DNA of 64,000 nt from a virus (IMGVR_UViG_2597490325_000001:160001-224000); one strand, 5' to 3'; counted from the first letter of the stretch, positions 9,388-19,899 are shown. The notes: generated by a model not told the origin, from the sequence alone. Translations and numbers: made by a program.

Positions 9388-9855
9388 ATGGATAACGTAG
9401 AAGTAGAAGGACTAGATTTCGTTAGTGCTACTGCAGAATCTACCAAAATCGAAACTACTTTGACATTAAATGCCTTTGGTACTACTCAAAACTATACGGA
9501 ATTACAAGCATTAGCTAAACGAATCCAATCACTCATCTTACTGGAACCTGGAACTAATCCAGCTAATATTGAGATGGGTGTCGGAATCCGTAATTACGTT
9601 ACTGAGTTTATGGATGATATTACTTTAACTAGATTAAGTAGAGTAACTCTAGATCAAGTTAATAAGTTTATCCCAACTCAGTTAGTAAAAGATATTACCT
9701 ATGGTAGAGGTAGTGGTGTCTACAGTAGCTTTGTATTTTGTTATGTATACATAAATATGACTAGTCAAGAGTTTCAGAAAAATATTTTAGCAATTTCTTT
9801 CAACTCTTCTAGTCCTGCATACACAACTACAATTGAAAGCGAAATCTTCATATAA
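9388..9855 (+). CDS. Baseplate wedge protein, gp25/GPW-like
   Basis: I..LILLEPG..P...EMGVGIRNYVTE pattern of the gp25 family. Confidence 0.65.
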   Translation: MDNVEVEGLDFVSATAESTKIETTLTLNAFGTTQNYTELQALAKRIQSLILLEPGTNPANIEMGVGIRNYVTEFMDDITLTRLSRVTLDQVNKFIPTQLVKDITYGRGSGVYSSFVFCYVYINMTSQEFQKNILAISFNSSSPAYTTTIESEIFI

Positions 9856-9946
9856 ATCATAAATCTTTTTATAAAATGAGATAGTCTAAACTTTAAATTA
9901 GACTATCTCATATTCTTTTTACTAGTAAAAATAAGGAATACTTTTC

Positions 9947-11374
9947 ATGTCCGATATGAAATCTATCGAAGAATTGGCACAGGGTGGCGATTTAGCTGCC
10001 ATGTTGCAGCAGCAACCTATTGAATCTTTCTCACAAGATGCTACTTCAGCTCCAGTTAATACTGTCAATCAACCTGCTCAAGAAGCCCCACAAGAGCTTT
10101 CAGTAGAGCAACCAGTACAAACTGAAATTTCAGCTCCAGAAGAAGCTGTAGAAATTCCTAACCTCAATGAGAGTCTTTCTGAATCAGTAGCTAATCCAGA
10201 AAGTAATATTGAAGCTCCTACTACTGTTGCTACTAATGTAGCTGAAGATAATGCCAATGAAATCATTATTGAAGCATCTTTGATCGAATTTGATAAAGAT
10301 GATGACGATTATACTTCAGAGAAAAATATTCTCCGTGGTAAACCAGTTACTAAATCAACTGACAATGGCAATCGTATTAAAGAATTGCTTAAAAATGCTG
10401 TGGTTAGTAGCCTTGATAGCATTAATGTAATTCCTAAGTCAACTACGGCAAACAATCCTATGGCCGCGATGAATAATATGAACATGATTCATCAAGCTAG
10501 CGTCCATGTCACCTCTCCTGTAATCGCACTTAAAAGCGGTTATAGGGCTTTTATGAGCGCCTTGACAAACAATGAAAAGATTGCTGTTCGTAACATTTCT
10601 GGCTCTATCTACGAGCAAACTTCAAAGCTGGTCAATCTGGTCTATAGCAAGATCGCTGAAACCTCTTATGGAAGTAAGATGTCGTATGAAGAGTTTCTCC
10701 GCTTCACCGCTGAAGACGATTTCCAAACTTTAGCTTTCGGTATCTATGAAGCTACCTTCCCTAATAAGACTGAGTATTCTTTCCGCTGCCCACATTGTGG
10801 TACACAGCTTAAAGTGCCTCTGTTCCCTAAAGATATTATTCAGGTAGTCGATTATAAGCGTGGTCAGACTTACGTAGCAGAATTGCTGCGTAACTATGAA
10901 AAAGGTGCTGCGTTTATGCAGGAATCCCTGCTTAATAAACGTATTCGCATTCAGCTTCCAGACTCTATGTTTGTTGTAGAACTGAAAATTAACTCTATGG
11001 CTGAGTACTTAGAAGCTCTGCGTTTCATTGATAGCTATAAGGGTAAAGCTACTACTGAAATGCTGCATGTCGTGCGTCATATTCAGAAGCTTTACGTTCC
11101 AGATGTAGCTCTGTTGGAAAGTGGTTCTCTTGCATTTATCGAGATTACCGATCGTGGTCAGATTCTGACTGAACTGGATCGTCTTTCCGGTGATGATATG
11201 AAGAGTATCAATAAAGGTATCAGCGGAATGAATAACATGTTCCAAGTTGAATACCGTCTTCCTAAGATCAAAGCTTGCCCAGGCAAAGATTGTGGTAAAC
11301 CAATTGATACTGTAGGAGTTGATATTATTCAGATTCTTTTTACCGCTTCAATCGGGGAACTGATGGGCGAATAA
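9947..11374 (+). CDS. Baseplate hub/tail assembly chaperone (T4 gp26/gp51-like, two Cys knuckles)
   Basis: Acidic disordered N-terminus; FRCPHCG and CPGKDCG knuckles. Confidence 0.55.
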   Translation: MSDMKSIEELAQGGDLAAMLQQQPIESFSQDATSAPVNTVNQPAQEAPQELSVEQPVQTEISAPEEAVEIPNLNESLSESVANPESNIEAPTTVATNVAEDNANEIIIEASLIEFDKDDDDYTSEKNILRGKPVTKSTDNGNRIKELLKNAVVSSLDSINVIPKSTTANNPMAAMNNMNMIHQASVHVTSPVIALKSGYRAFMSALTNNEKIAVRNISGSIYEQTSKLVNLVYSKIAETSYGSKMSYEEFLRFTAEDDFQTLAFGIYEATFPNKTEYSFRCPHCGTQLKVPLFPKDIIQVVDYKRGQTYVAELLRNYEKGAAFMQESLLNKRIRIQLPDSMFVVELKINSMAEYLEALRFIDSYKGKATTEMLHVVRHIQKLYVPDVALLESGSLAFIEITDRGQILTELDRLSGDDMKSINKGISGMNNMFQVEYRLPKIKACPGKDCGKPIDTVGVDIIQILFTASIGELMGE

Positions 11375-11616
11375 TAGCTCAATCAGATAGTAAGTTTACC
11401 GAAGTAAATAAGTCCTATAAATTACAGCTTCAAGAACTTTGTGGATTATTGGATTTATTTGGCGGTAAAGTTAGTTTAAAAGATCTTTGTGATCTCCCGA
11501 TACCTTTCTTGAATGATATAAAAGATGCTCAAATTGAGTATCTTAAAGATAAGGCTGAAGCTGAAAAAGCCCTTATCGAAGCAGAAAAAAGAAAGAGCCA
11601 AAAACCGAAAAAGTAA
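11338..11616 (+). CDS. Unannotated -1 frame extension (gpT/E-prime-like) of 9947..11374
   Basis: -1 frame open from 11323 to 11616 with no ATG; GKVSLKDLCDLPIPFLNDIKDAQIEYLK; followed by a terminator at 11623-11655. Confidence 0.6.
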   Translation, partial: FYRFNRGTDGRIIAQSDSKFTEVNKSYKLQLQELCGLLDLFGGKVSLKDLCDLPIPFLNDIKDAQIEYLKDKAEAEKALIEAEKRKSQKPKK

Positions 11617-11680
11617 ATTATAGTCGCTAATATCTAATTAAAAGGTATTAGCGGCTTTTTATTTCCATAGGAATAAAGAA

Positions 11681-13405
11681 ATGACGGATAAAACCGAAAA
11701 TGAATTCAAGACAAACGTCCGTGACGGTCAATTCTTAAATTCTTTAGTACACAATACCTTTAAAGAAATTAGAGATATTGTGAGTAAATCATATGGCCCT
11801 TTAGGTGCTAACACAATCATTGCAGATGTAAATAAGCCTAAAGTTACTAAAGATGGCTTCACTATTTTAAATTCAATCCGCTTTAACAAAGTTGAAGAAA
11901 TGTATATCTTCAATCTAATTAGGGCTATCTCTACCAAACTAGTGGATAAAGTTGGTGATGGTTCAACATCAGCTATTATGGCAGGTTATAATCTTTATGA
12001 TGAATTAGCTGATTTTGCATGTACCAACGACCAATATCGTATTAATGATGTTAAAAATGGTCTAACCAAGATTCAGGACATGTTAATTGACATCATTCAA
12101 AAAGAATTTAAAGTGTCTTATGATGAATTGTCAGAAGAGAGAAAACTTGAAGTTCTTAAACATGTGGCTACAGTCTCAAATAATAATGATGCCGATATTG
12201 GCGAGCAAATTGCAGATATCATGTATTCTTTATATAATGATAGCTGTCAGGTAGAATTAAAAGTTAACCCTAAAGACAATGCACCATTAATTGATTTTGA
12301 TGTCAAAAATGGATATAGTGAGAAGTCCTATCGTTTAGCCTCTCCAATAATCCTTTCTAAAATCGAAAAAGTAACTATTGAAGAACCATTTATTATTCAG
12401 TGTGACGGTATTCATGAACGTGAATATGCTAACATTGCAGTAATGCGCAACCAGTTAACTACTGAATATGGTAGTAATAAAGTATTGATTGTAATTTGCC
12501 AGTATATTGATCAAGATGTGTATAAAGAATATGTAAAATTCTTGGTTAAATCTACTGGAGGGAGTAGTAATACTATTCCTAATCTAATCATCATTGAATC
12601 CGGTATGCTATCATCTGCTGCAGATGTAGAGAAATTTAATGATCTTTCGGTATATTTGAATACATCTACTACTAAGGCTAACATGGCACTGTCTTACGTA
12701 GAAGATGATGAAAAAGACGATCCAATTCCAGAGAGTTCAAGCTATGTCGGTATGAGTAGAGAAGTGATCCTGATGAAAGATGCAGGTATTACTTTTGTAG
12801 GTGGATTTGGTGAGACTCAGAACAGAGAACGTTTTGATTCTCATATCAAAGAATTAGAAGAAAAGCTGGAAGAACTAAATTCTATTGAAACTGCTTCTCC
12901 AGAACGTGGTCGTATTAAGAACCGCCTAATGCGCCTAAATGGTTCTCTTATCCGAGTATTTGTAGGTGGACGTACTTTTGATGAGAAAGAGAATAATAAG
13001 TATCTAGTAGAAGATTCAATTTATGCATGTAAATCCGTTATTCAGGAAGGTTTTACTATTGGTAGTAATACTACTCCATTATATGCAACATGGATTCTTT
13101 TATCTAAAAGCGGCGCAGAAACAGATTTTAGTAGCCTAGAGCTAGATCTCTTATTAGGTGTACATAACGCATATACTAATCTGGTCAAAAGTAATGGTAA
13201 ATTGCTTGAAAGTAATATTCTTAGATCAGAAAATGTTGTAAATGCCCCTAAAGATAATCTTTATGTATATAACTTAGTAACTGATAAAGTTGAGAATATC
13301 AAAGATACTAAGATTCTTGCCCCTGTCAATACAGATATTGAAATTCTCAAGACCTCTTTCTCAATCATTACATTACTTCTTACTAGCAACCAAATTATTA
13401 TTTAA
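11681..13405 (+). CDS. groEL: Phage GroEL-like chaperonin
   Basis: SYGPLG, TKDGFTIL, VGDGSTSA nucleotide-binding motifs; VGG..E..E.K..VED. Confidence 0.9.
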   Translation: MTDKTENEFKTNVRDGQFLNSLVHNTFKEIRDIVSKSYGPLGANTIIADVNKPKVTKDGFTILNSIRFNKVEEMYIFNLIRAISTKLVDKVGDGSTSAIMAGYNLYDELADFACTNDQYRINDVKNGLTKIQDMLIDIIQKEFKVSYDELSEERKLEVLKHVATVSNNNDADIGEQIADIMYSLYNDSCQVELKVNPKDNAPLIDFDVKNGYSEKSYRLASPIILSKIEKVTIEEPFIIQCDGIHEREYANIAVMRNQLTTEYGSNKVLIVICQYIDQDVYKEYVKFLVKSTGGSSNTIPNLIIIESGMLSSAADVEKFNDLSVYLNTSTTKANMALSYVEDDEKDDPIPESSSYVGMSREVILMKDAGITFVGGFGETQNRERFDSHIKELEEKLEELNSIETASPERGRIKNRLMRLNGSLIRVFVGGRTFDEKENNKYLVEDSIYACKSVIQEGFTIGSNTTPLYATWILLSKSGAETDFSSLELDLLLGVHNAYTNLVKSNGKLLESNILRSENVVNAPKDNLYVYNLVTDKVENIKDTKILAPVNTDIEILKTSFSIITLLLTSNQIII

Positions 13406-13414
13406 GGAATACAC

Positions 13415-14287
13415 ATGGCCACTTTAGATGCTATGGAAGATTCTGCTTTAGAAAAAGAATTTACAGTAGAGTCTTTTTTAAATAACCCTATGGGTGACAA
13501 AGGTAGTTCAGTAATGGGCAAAGCTGCCATGCTGAGTAAACTTCATAAAGATTATCAAACTTTGTTGGCTATGAAACGTCCATTCAAAGTAGGCTACTTT
13601 AATATTAAGAAAGATACATATATTAAAATTAAGGTACCATCCGAATCTTATGAAACTTTGTATTACGATGTAGTAATTAAGTTCAAAGGTACTAATGGGC
13701 ATTTACCTAGTTCTCTTAATCCATATAAAATAGAGTTCTTTAGTAATGCCCCATCATTTACTTTTACATATGCTCATGCCTTTGATGCATATGGTTGTCT
13801 TATCCCTGAACTTAAAAAGTTATTTGATAAGAAAGTTTTCCAAGATCTTCCAATTAACCGTAACCCGGATCTTATTACTTTCTATGAAAAAACTATTACT
13901 TTTGCATTATTCTATATTAAAGAAAAAGGTTATCTTAATACAAATAATGCAATAGCTAGAGATTCGGCAGTTACCACTACTCTTCAAAAATTAATAGCAG
14001 TAGTACCAACTGCTGATGAAAAACTAGCGGAACATAAGAAAGCTTCAGATGCTGCTGTAGCTACCCGTAAACAGGAACGTGCTAAGAAGAAAGCTGAGAA
14101 AATGAAAGAAGATAAAAAATCTAAAGAATCATCTGCGGACTTTAAGAATTATATCAATCGTGTTCCAGAAGCTCCTAAGAAACGTGCTGGACGTAAGCCT
14201 GGAAGTAAAAACAAAGTCAATAATACAGTAAATAATCAAGTTAAGAGTACTGTTAAGTCAAAAGTTGACAATAAAGTTAAATCTTGA
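13415..14287 (+). CDS. Hypothetical protein with Lys-rich, AT-hook-like C-terminus
   Basis: YYDVVIKF..FSNAPSF core; KKRAGRKPGSKNK tail. Confidence 0.75.
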   Translation: MATLDAMEDSALEKEFTVESFLNNPMGDKGSSVMGKAAMLSKLHKDYQTLLAMKRPFKVGYFNIKKDTYIKIKVPSESYETLYYDVVIKFKGTNGHLPSSLNPYKIEFFSNAPSFTFTYAHAFDAYGCLIPELKKLFDKKVFQDLPINRNPDLITFYEKTITFALFYIKEKGYLNTNNAIARDSAVTTTLQKLIAVVPTADEKLAEHKKASDAAVATRKQERAKKKAEKMKEDKKSKESSADFKNYINRVPEAPKKRAGRKPGSKNKVNNTVNNQVKSTVKSKVDNKVKS

Positions 14288-14294
14288 TTGAAAA

Positions 14295-14359
14295 ATATAT
14301 TATTAACTTGAATGACCCCTATAGTTACTTAAACTATAGGGGAACCTAACAATATGGTG
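14295..14359 (+). promoter_or_regulatory. Early promoter, CCCCTATA hairpin and late-type promoter upstream of the sigma-like gene
   Basis: ATATATTAT at 14295-14303; hairpin at 14316-14342; AACAatatggTG at 14348-14359. Confidence 0.5.
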
Positions 14360-14369
14360 AGAGAAAGCA

Positions 14370-15872
14370 ATGAGTAAAGACTCTTTATTCACTCTTAGTG
14401 GAAATGATATAGAGATCAATACATCTAGTACCTTATTTAAGAATGCGTTGAAGGTACTTGACAAGGATGATAAAGATACCCTCAAGAATATGGATACGAT
14501 CATCAATATGAGTAAACGTCGTATTTTTCATAAAGGTATCGAATTATTCTTAGACGATATGAATAAGATCGTAAATGCAGCTCCAGAGATTGTTGTAACT
14601 TTCTTAATGCTTAAAGCATATATCGATGAAGAATATTTTGATGATTATAAACCAACTGGTTACAATGACGAGTCTGGTAATATCATTTTAATCAATCATC
14701 TGGTAGATGAAATTGCTTTGAATGGAGAAGTATTAGATTTTACCCGTGATGTTATTCATAAATCATATAATATTACTATCGAAAGTAATGATAAGGATAA
14801 TCATCTTCAATTTACAGATGATTACGCTAAATCTATTCTTCAAGTGGCTATGCTACTTCGTTTAGTTATTCCCTTGATTGCACACTATATGTTTAAACAA
14901 AATGTAAAACGTGACGATAATCTCTTCTTAGAAGTGGTAGGTCGCCTGTTTAACTATTTTGATAAAGAAGATAAAAAGAATCCTATTGATTTAGGTATGA
15001 AGATCCAAAAATTCGTAGAAACCGCTGTTCTGCGTACTTCATATTCTGATCAGGTTATTTGGCGGTATCTAGCTAACAAGGCTGAAAATGAAAAAACGGT
15101 TGCAATTGAAATTCAGCGTAATCTTATTTGTTATATCATTCCTAAGCTTCAGCCTAATAAGTCTATTGTATCATTCTTCCATGTCGTTATTCGCAACCAA
15201 TTAGATTTTCAATTCACGTCTAAATTTAAAGTAGAATATAAACCAATTTCTACTCTGCGTATTGATAGCGAATCTTCAAGCAATCCATTCTCACGTCTTG
15301 AACAGAAGTTGGTCAAATCTAACTCTGAAATTCATAATCAGATGTATAAAGAAGATATTGCAGACTTCATCAGTAATAATGAAGATGAAATTGATGAAGT
15401 AGAGTTAGAATACTATATGGAAAATTTAGTATGTCATACTGGACAGCATAAATTACTAACTTTCTTTATACATCGTAATATCGGTCGTATTCCTGCATTC
15501 TCTATGAGTAAGATTCAGTATGTTAAAATGTGTCTTATTGCAAGAGATTGGTTTAATAGTAAGAAATTTCCTTTCTTAGCTTATATTCTTTTAGCTAAGC
15601 CTGTTCCTCGTAAAAAACAAAATAAGAATTTCAGAAAGGGTAAAACTCTTAATGAAATTGTTAGCAGTAAATTATTTGCTCAAATTCATGAGCAGTATAA
15701 ATTCATCAGCCCTAGTGTAGAAGATTCTGCAGCACTAAGATTCATTGGTGAAATTATGTGTACTGATTTTGAATCCTATATCTTATGGGATGGAACAGAA
15801 TACGTTCCAGAAGCCAATGTAGATTACAAATCTGCTGTTGTTGAATTAATGAAATTCTTAGCTTACATCTAA
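14370..15872 (+). CDS. Probable non-virion RNAP promoter-specificity (sigma-like) subunit, AR9 gp226-like
   Basis: 500-aa helical protein two genes downstream of the chaperonin (recalled AR9 g228-g226 order); early promoter. Based on synteny and size, not alignment. Confidence 0.5.
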   Translation: MSKDSLFTLSGNDIEINTSSTLFKNALKVLDKDDKDTLKNMDTIINMSKRRIFHKGIELFLDDMNKIVNAAPEIVVTFLMLKAYIDEEYFDDYKPTGYNDESGNIILINHLVDEIALNGEVLDFTRDVIHKSYNITIESNDKDNHLQFTDDYAKSILQVAMLLRLVIPLIAHYMFKQNVKRDDNLFLEVVGRLFNYFDKEDKKNPIDLGMKIQKFVETAVLRTSYSDQVIWRYLANKAENEKTVAIEIQRNLICYIIPKLQPNKSIVSFFHVVIRNQLDFQFTSKFKVEYKPISTLRIDSESSSNPFSRLEQKLVKSNSEIHNQMYKEDIADFISNNEDEIDEVELEYYMENLVCHTGQHKLLTFFIHRNIGRIPAFSMSKIQYVKMCLIARDWFNSKKFPFLAYILLAKPVPRKKQNKNFRKGKTLNEIVSSKLFAQIHEQYKFISPSVEDSAALRFIGEIMCTDFESYILWDGTEYVPEANVDYKSAVVELMKFLAYI

Positions 15873-15882
15873 AGGTAGAAAA

Positions 15883-16455
15883 ATGGTTAGCCGATTAATG
15901 CAATATGGTTATGAAACAAGTAAAGTGTATTTCCTCCTGCCAAAAAATGCAAAGAATGAAAAATTGTATGATGATGTAAATGTAGAAATGTTTAAGGAAC
16001 CATTTTTAGTTCTCGAAAATATTAAAACTGATTTAGTTGATGCTAGAAATCGTAAATTACATGCTCCTAAGAAAATTCAATTTAACCGTAATGGTGTATT
16101 GGTTGATGTAGAGGTAAGTTGTCCTGAAGCTTATATTCATGGAGCACCTCTTGAAGTAGTTGGTAGCAAATGTTTAGGTAAACATAATCCTTCTAGTTTC
16201 AAGAAGGGTAGAACTTATAAGTCGTATTGGGATCACACTGAAGAATATCTCAGAACTATTGGTAGCTTTGACGCTAATCAAAAATGTTGTGCATTCCGTA
16301 ATTTTATCCAACATTATGGAAACTACTTTACAGTATTAAAAGTAGATAATATCGGCATTGTTGAAGCAATTGGTAGTCAAGGTCGAATTTATACTCGCCC
16401 TGATGCTTCAGCATTTGTTTATCATAGTTCTGCATGGTTCTTTACGGAAATCTAA
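15883..16455 (+). CDS. Hypothetical protein
   Basis: 190-aa ORF with aaggt RBS. Confidence 0.75.
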   Translation: MVSRLMQYGYETSKVYFLLPKNAKNEKLYDDVNVEMFKEPFLVLENIKTDLVDARNRKLHAPKKIQFNRNGVLVDVEVSCPEAYIHGAPLEVVGSKCLGKHNPSSFKKGRTYKSYWDHTEEYLRTIGSFDANQKCCAFRNFIQHYGNYFTVLKVDNIGIVEAIGSQGRIYTRPDASAFVYHSSAWFFTEI

Positions 16456-17517
16456 ATGGATAATCTTATAGAAGAACTCTATAACGACTTCCAAAGTAAG
16501 AAAAAGGTGGCATATTTCAACACATCTAAGACAGAATTAGCTGTACGCTGTCCTTATTGTGGTGACTCTACTAATGACTTAACACATGCCCACTTTTATA
16601 TTCAAACTGTTGCACCATTTAAGTATTTTTGTCAACGTTGTAACGTTAAGGGTTATATCTCAAATAAGACTCTTAACGATTTTGACAGTGAAAATGCTGA
16701 ACTTGGAAGAGAGTTTGAAAGAACAGTACGCCACCATCTAAAAGATACAACTGTAGGTGGTGAATCTTTACTTTCTCAGTTAGGTAAGAAAAAATCTCTA
16801 GATTTGTATAAAGAAGATTCTAAAGCTTTTGCATTCAAAAAGAGATATATGGAAAATCGTTTAGGTGTTGAGTTAAGTACTGAAGATTTGATGGATATGC
16901 GGGTAATAATGAATTATACTCGCTTTATCAAGTCTAATAATTGCAAAAACTTGATGAATCATTACGATAATCCAAAATATTCCAATAGGCTCGATTTACT
17001 AAGTCATTTGAATAAATTTTCTGTAGGTTTTCTATCGTCAGATAGTAATTTTGTAACTTTCCGTCATGGAAAACCTTATACTAATGGGAAAGTAGAACGT
17101 CGTTATTTTACTGAAAATTTAAATATGCCAATTGAAATAGGTGAACGTACTTATTTCATTAAAAATGATATTGATATCTTAACGCCTGTTTTAGATGTCA
17201 TAATGACCGAAGGTATTATAGATCTTCAAAGCGTTTATCATAATTTGTATGATGGAATTCAAAGCCCGAATATGGCTTTCCTTGCTGTATGTGGTAAATC
17301 CTATAATTTACCATTATTTAATCTAAGGCGATTAGGCTTCTTAAAGATGAATCTGCATATTTATTCGGATTCAGATGTCCATCTCAATTATTATAAGAAA
17401 GTACTAGACCCTCGTTTCTTTGATAAGATTCTAGTATCATATAATGAAATGGAAGGAGAAAAGGATTTCGGTGTACCTATTAATAAGATCAAAAAACGTA
17501 CTAAAAAAATAAAATAG
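16456..17517 (+). CDS. DNA primase (Zn finger plus TOPRIM)
   Basis: RCPYCGDS..H..CQRC; MTEGIID; YSDSD; KDFG. Confidence 0.85.
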   Translation: MDNLIEELYNDFQSKKKVAYFNTSKTELAVRCPYCGDSTNDLTHAHFYIQTVAPFKYFCQRCNVKGYISNKTLNDFDSENAELGREFERTVRHHLKDTTVGGESLLSQLGKKKSLDLYKEDSKAFAFKKRYMENRLGVELSTEDLMDMRVIMNYTRFIKSNNCKNLMNHYDNPKYSNRLDLLSHLNKFSVGFLSSDSNFVTFRHGKPYTNGKVERRYFTENLNMPIEIGERTYFIKNDIDILTPVLDVIMTEGIIDLQSVYHNLYDGIQSPNMAFLAVCGKSYNLPLFNLRRLGFLKMNLHIYSDSDVHLNYYKKVLDPRFFDKILVSYNEMEGEKDFGVPINKIKKRTKKIK

Positions 17518-17527
17518 TATAATAATG

Positions 17528-17536
17528 ATATATTAT
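17528..17536 (+). promoter_or_regulatory. Early promoter ATATATTAT
   Basis: Motif 35 nt upstream of the ATG, with gagga RBS. Confidence 0.65.
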
Positions 17537-17571
17537 TTTATTGAAGTAAACTAAAATAAGAGGAAATAAAA

Positions 17572-18129
17572 ATGAGTCAGCTGTTGGAATTGGAAGTAAT
17601 CAAGAAAATGATGTTAGACTTTGCTGAGGACGAAAGTTTTGTAGCAGATAGTATTATTACTCTTGATTATCTTGAAAAACAAGTTTATCCGGTATTGGAA
17701 AAGAATGCATACCTCGTAGATAACTTGAAAGAATTCTTTGACTCTGAGAACCTATCGGAAGTCCTTACTTTCATTGGTCAAAAAGATAATCTTAAATTCT
17801 TCATTGAGCTTGTCACTTATATTCGTAAAACATGGACTGATGATAAGACTATGGACTATCATCATGCTATTCTCCGTGGTGAATTGAATACTTTTTATGC
17901 TCATGAAATTAATACAAATTCATATAATGTTCGTATTGACTATACGTTAAATGTTCTTAGAGAAGAATTTGGTGAAGAATCTACCTCTCCAGATTTGAGT
18001 TTAGAACAACTACTATCATTTATGCTTTTCCAAGTTGTAAACGATAGTAATGCGTTTATTAAGTTTGAAAATATCAAGGATGTACTGGTTACTCCAGAGC
18101 AATTTGTTGATGCATTGGAGGAATTCTAA
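17572..18129 (+). CDS. Hypothetical early protein
   Basis: Strong RBS, early promoter. Confidence 0.8.
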   Translation: MSQLLELEVIKKMMLDFAEDESFVADSIITLDYLEKQVYPVLEKNAYLVDNLKEFFDSENLSEVLTFIGQKDNLKFFIELVTYIRKTWTDDKTMDYHHAILRGELNTFYAHEINTNSYNVRIDYTLNVLREEFGEESTSPDLSLEQLLSFMLFQVVNDSNAFIKFENIKDVLVTPEQFVDALEEF

Positions 18130-18584
18130 TGGTTACTGGTATTGTTCCTACTTTTTCTAATGATGCAATTCATAATTCTAATACAATTACTTTGTCTCAT
18201 GATGAAACTAAATATGGGCTTAAGCTCCATGTAAAATACAATACTAAGTATTTTAAAGCTGGATTCATGTTGCCAAAAGGGAAGTATTCGATATCTGGTA
18301 ACATGAATATTTACTGTCTTTCTAAAGATCATCAATTTTCTCAGAATGACTCTTCCAGCTTTAATAAAGAAATTGAAGTCGTAGAAGATCTAGATGTGCA
18401 TAAGATTGAATCGTTTTGGCAAAACGTATTTAATACTCTTCCTTTACTTGATCAAAAAATCGGAGTAATGCAACATAGAGATAGTACTGGAGAATTAACT
18501 GTACATATCGATTTTGAACTTTTTAGTGATAATGACATGTATCTTACTACTCCTCTTCTAAGACTTCAGACCACTGCCAAATAA
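18129..18584 (+). CDS. Hypothetical protein
   Basis: TAATG coupling, ggagg RBS. Confidence 0.75.
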   Translation: MVTGIVPTFSNDAIHNSNTITLSHDETKYGLKLHVKYNTKYFKAGFMLPKGKYSISGNMNIYCLSKDHQFSQNDSSSFNKEIEVVEDLDVHKIESFWQNVFNTLPLLDQKIGVMQHRDSTGELTVHIDFELFSDNDMYLTTPLLRLQTTAK

Positions 18585-18595
18585 GGACACATTTA

Positions 18596-19819
18596 ATGGG
18601 TGTTTTAACGAAAAGCTTGCAGAAAGAATCAGCTAAGACTAACAAGCGTGATGATTATTCTGCTGCCGATCTCATGCACGTTCCGACTGGTTTTGATGCA
18701 ATCGACTATGAAGGTGGTACGATTGTAGAAGATATTGATGGTGATCCGATGCTTAATATCGGTTTACCTATGGGTAAAATTATTCTATGTTGTGGTAACT
18801 CTCAGGCTGGTAAAACTACTGGTGCTCTGCAGTTTGCTAATGGCATGGCTTCTCATTTAGATGGTGACGTTGTTATCTTTGACTTTGAACGTGGCATTCT
18901 TGATCCTCGTTCACGTATTCGTAACCTTTGCCGTTTATCTAATGACGAATATGATAACCGTTTTACCATTTATAAAAATGCTGGTATGTCAGTCGAGTTC
19001 TTTAAAAAGCAAATCTTCAAGATTGTAGAACTTAAAGAAAAACTGGCTAAAGCTGATATGGTTGACTGGTATATGCTTAACGGTGCTCCTGTTAAGATTT
19101 ACCCACCAACGTATGTACTTCTTGACTCAATTCCGTCTATGAAGCCGGAAGATGTTCTGAATGACTCTTCTCTCGACAATAACATGGTATTCAGTAAAAT
19201 GGCTGCCGCAAATAGCGCCATGCTTACTAGTATCGTTAACGTTCTTGAAAAATACAATATCACTTTGATTTGTATTAACCATATCACCACCAAAATCATT
19301 ATCAATGCTTATGGGCCTCGTAAAGTTCTTCTTCCAGGTATGGAACCTGAAGAAAACCTGCCAGGTGGTAACAAATTTGTTTACCTCCCTTCTTATGTAT
19401 TGAAATTTGCTTCTGGTAAAGCTTTAAATAAAGATAAAGACTTTAAAGTAAATGGTCGTGTTACCAACTGTACCTTCCTTAAGTCTCGTTCTAGCTTTAA
19501 CGGTGCTAAGCTACCTCTGGCAGTAACTGAAAAGCATGGCTTTAGTAATGTCATGACTAACATCCTTGCTATGAAAGAAGAAAAGATGTTAAAAGGTACT
19601 GGTCAGGGTGGATTCTGGTTTGAAGGTCATGAAGATATGAAATTCAAACAAAGTGAATTTATTAAAAAATATAATAAAGACACTGAGTTCCAGGAAATGT
19701 TCGATGAAGTATCATCTGAATTCTGGCAGGGTCGTCTTGAAGATCGCTTTGGCGATGAATACGATAGTGTTGAGAAGTCTAAAGGTAATGACTTCGATGA
19801 CGATGATGATGATGAATAA
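18596..19819 (+). CDS. uvsX: RecA/UvsX-like recombinase
   Basis: PTGFDAID, GLPMGKI, Walker A GNSQAGKT, DFE, LLDSI, INH, PGG. Confidence 0.85.
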   Translation: MGVLTKSLQKESAKTNKRDDYSAADLMHVPTGFDAIDYEGGTIVEDIDGDPMLNIGLPMGKIILCCGNSQAGKTTGALQFANGMASHLDGDVVIFDFERGILDPRSRIRNLCRLSNDEYDNRFTIYKNAGMSVEFFKKQIFKIVELKEKLAKADMVDWYMLNGAPVKIYPPTYVLLDSIPSMKPEDVLNDSSLDNNMVFSKMAAANSAMLTSIVNVLEKYNITLICINHITTKIIINAYGPRKVLLPGMEPEENLPGGNKFVYLPSYVLKFASGKALNKDKDFKVNGRVTNCTFLKSRSSFNGAKLPLAVTEKHGFSNVMTNILAMKEEKMLKGTGQGGFWFEGHEDMKFKQSEFIKKYNKDTEFQEMFDEVSSEFWQGRLEDRFGDEYDSVEKSKGNDFDDDDDDE

Positions 19820-19827
19820 TTAAATAC

Positions 19828-19857
19828 TCCCCTATAAGGTTAATTCCTTATAGGGGA
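19828..19857 (+). terminator. Intrinsic terminator, CCCTATA family
   Basis: tcccctataagg-ttaatt-ccttatagggga plus T-tract. Confidence 0.8.
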
Positions 19858-19890
19858 TCTTTTTTTTACGTATTTGTTAGACTATCAAGT

Positions 19891-19899
19891 ATATATTAT
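19891..19899 (+). promoter_or_regulatory. Early promoter ATATATTAT
   Basis: Motif directly after the terminator. Confidence 0.65.
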
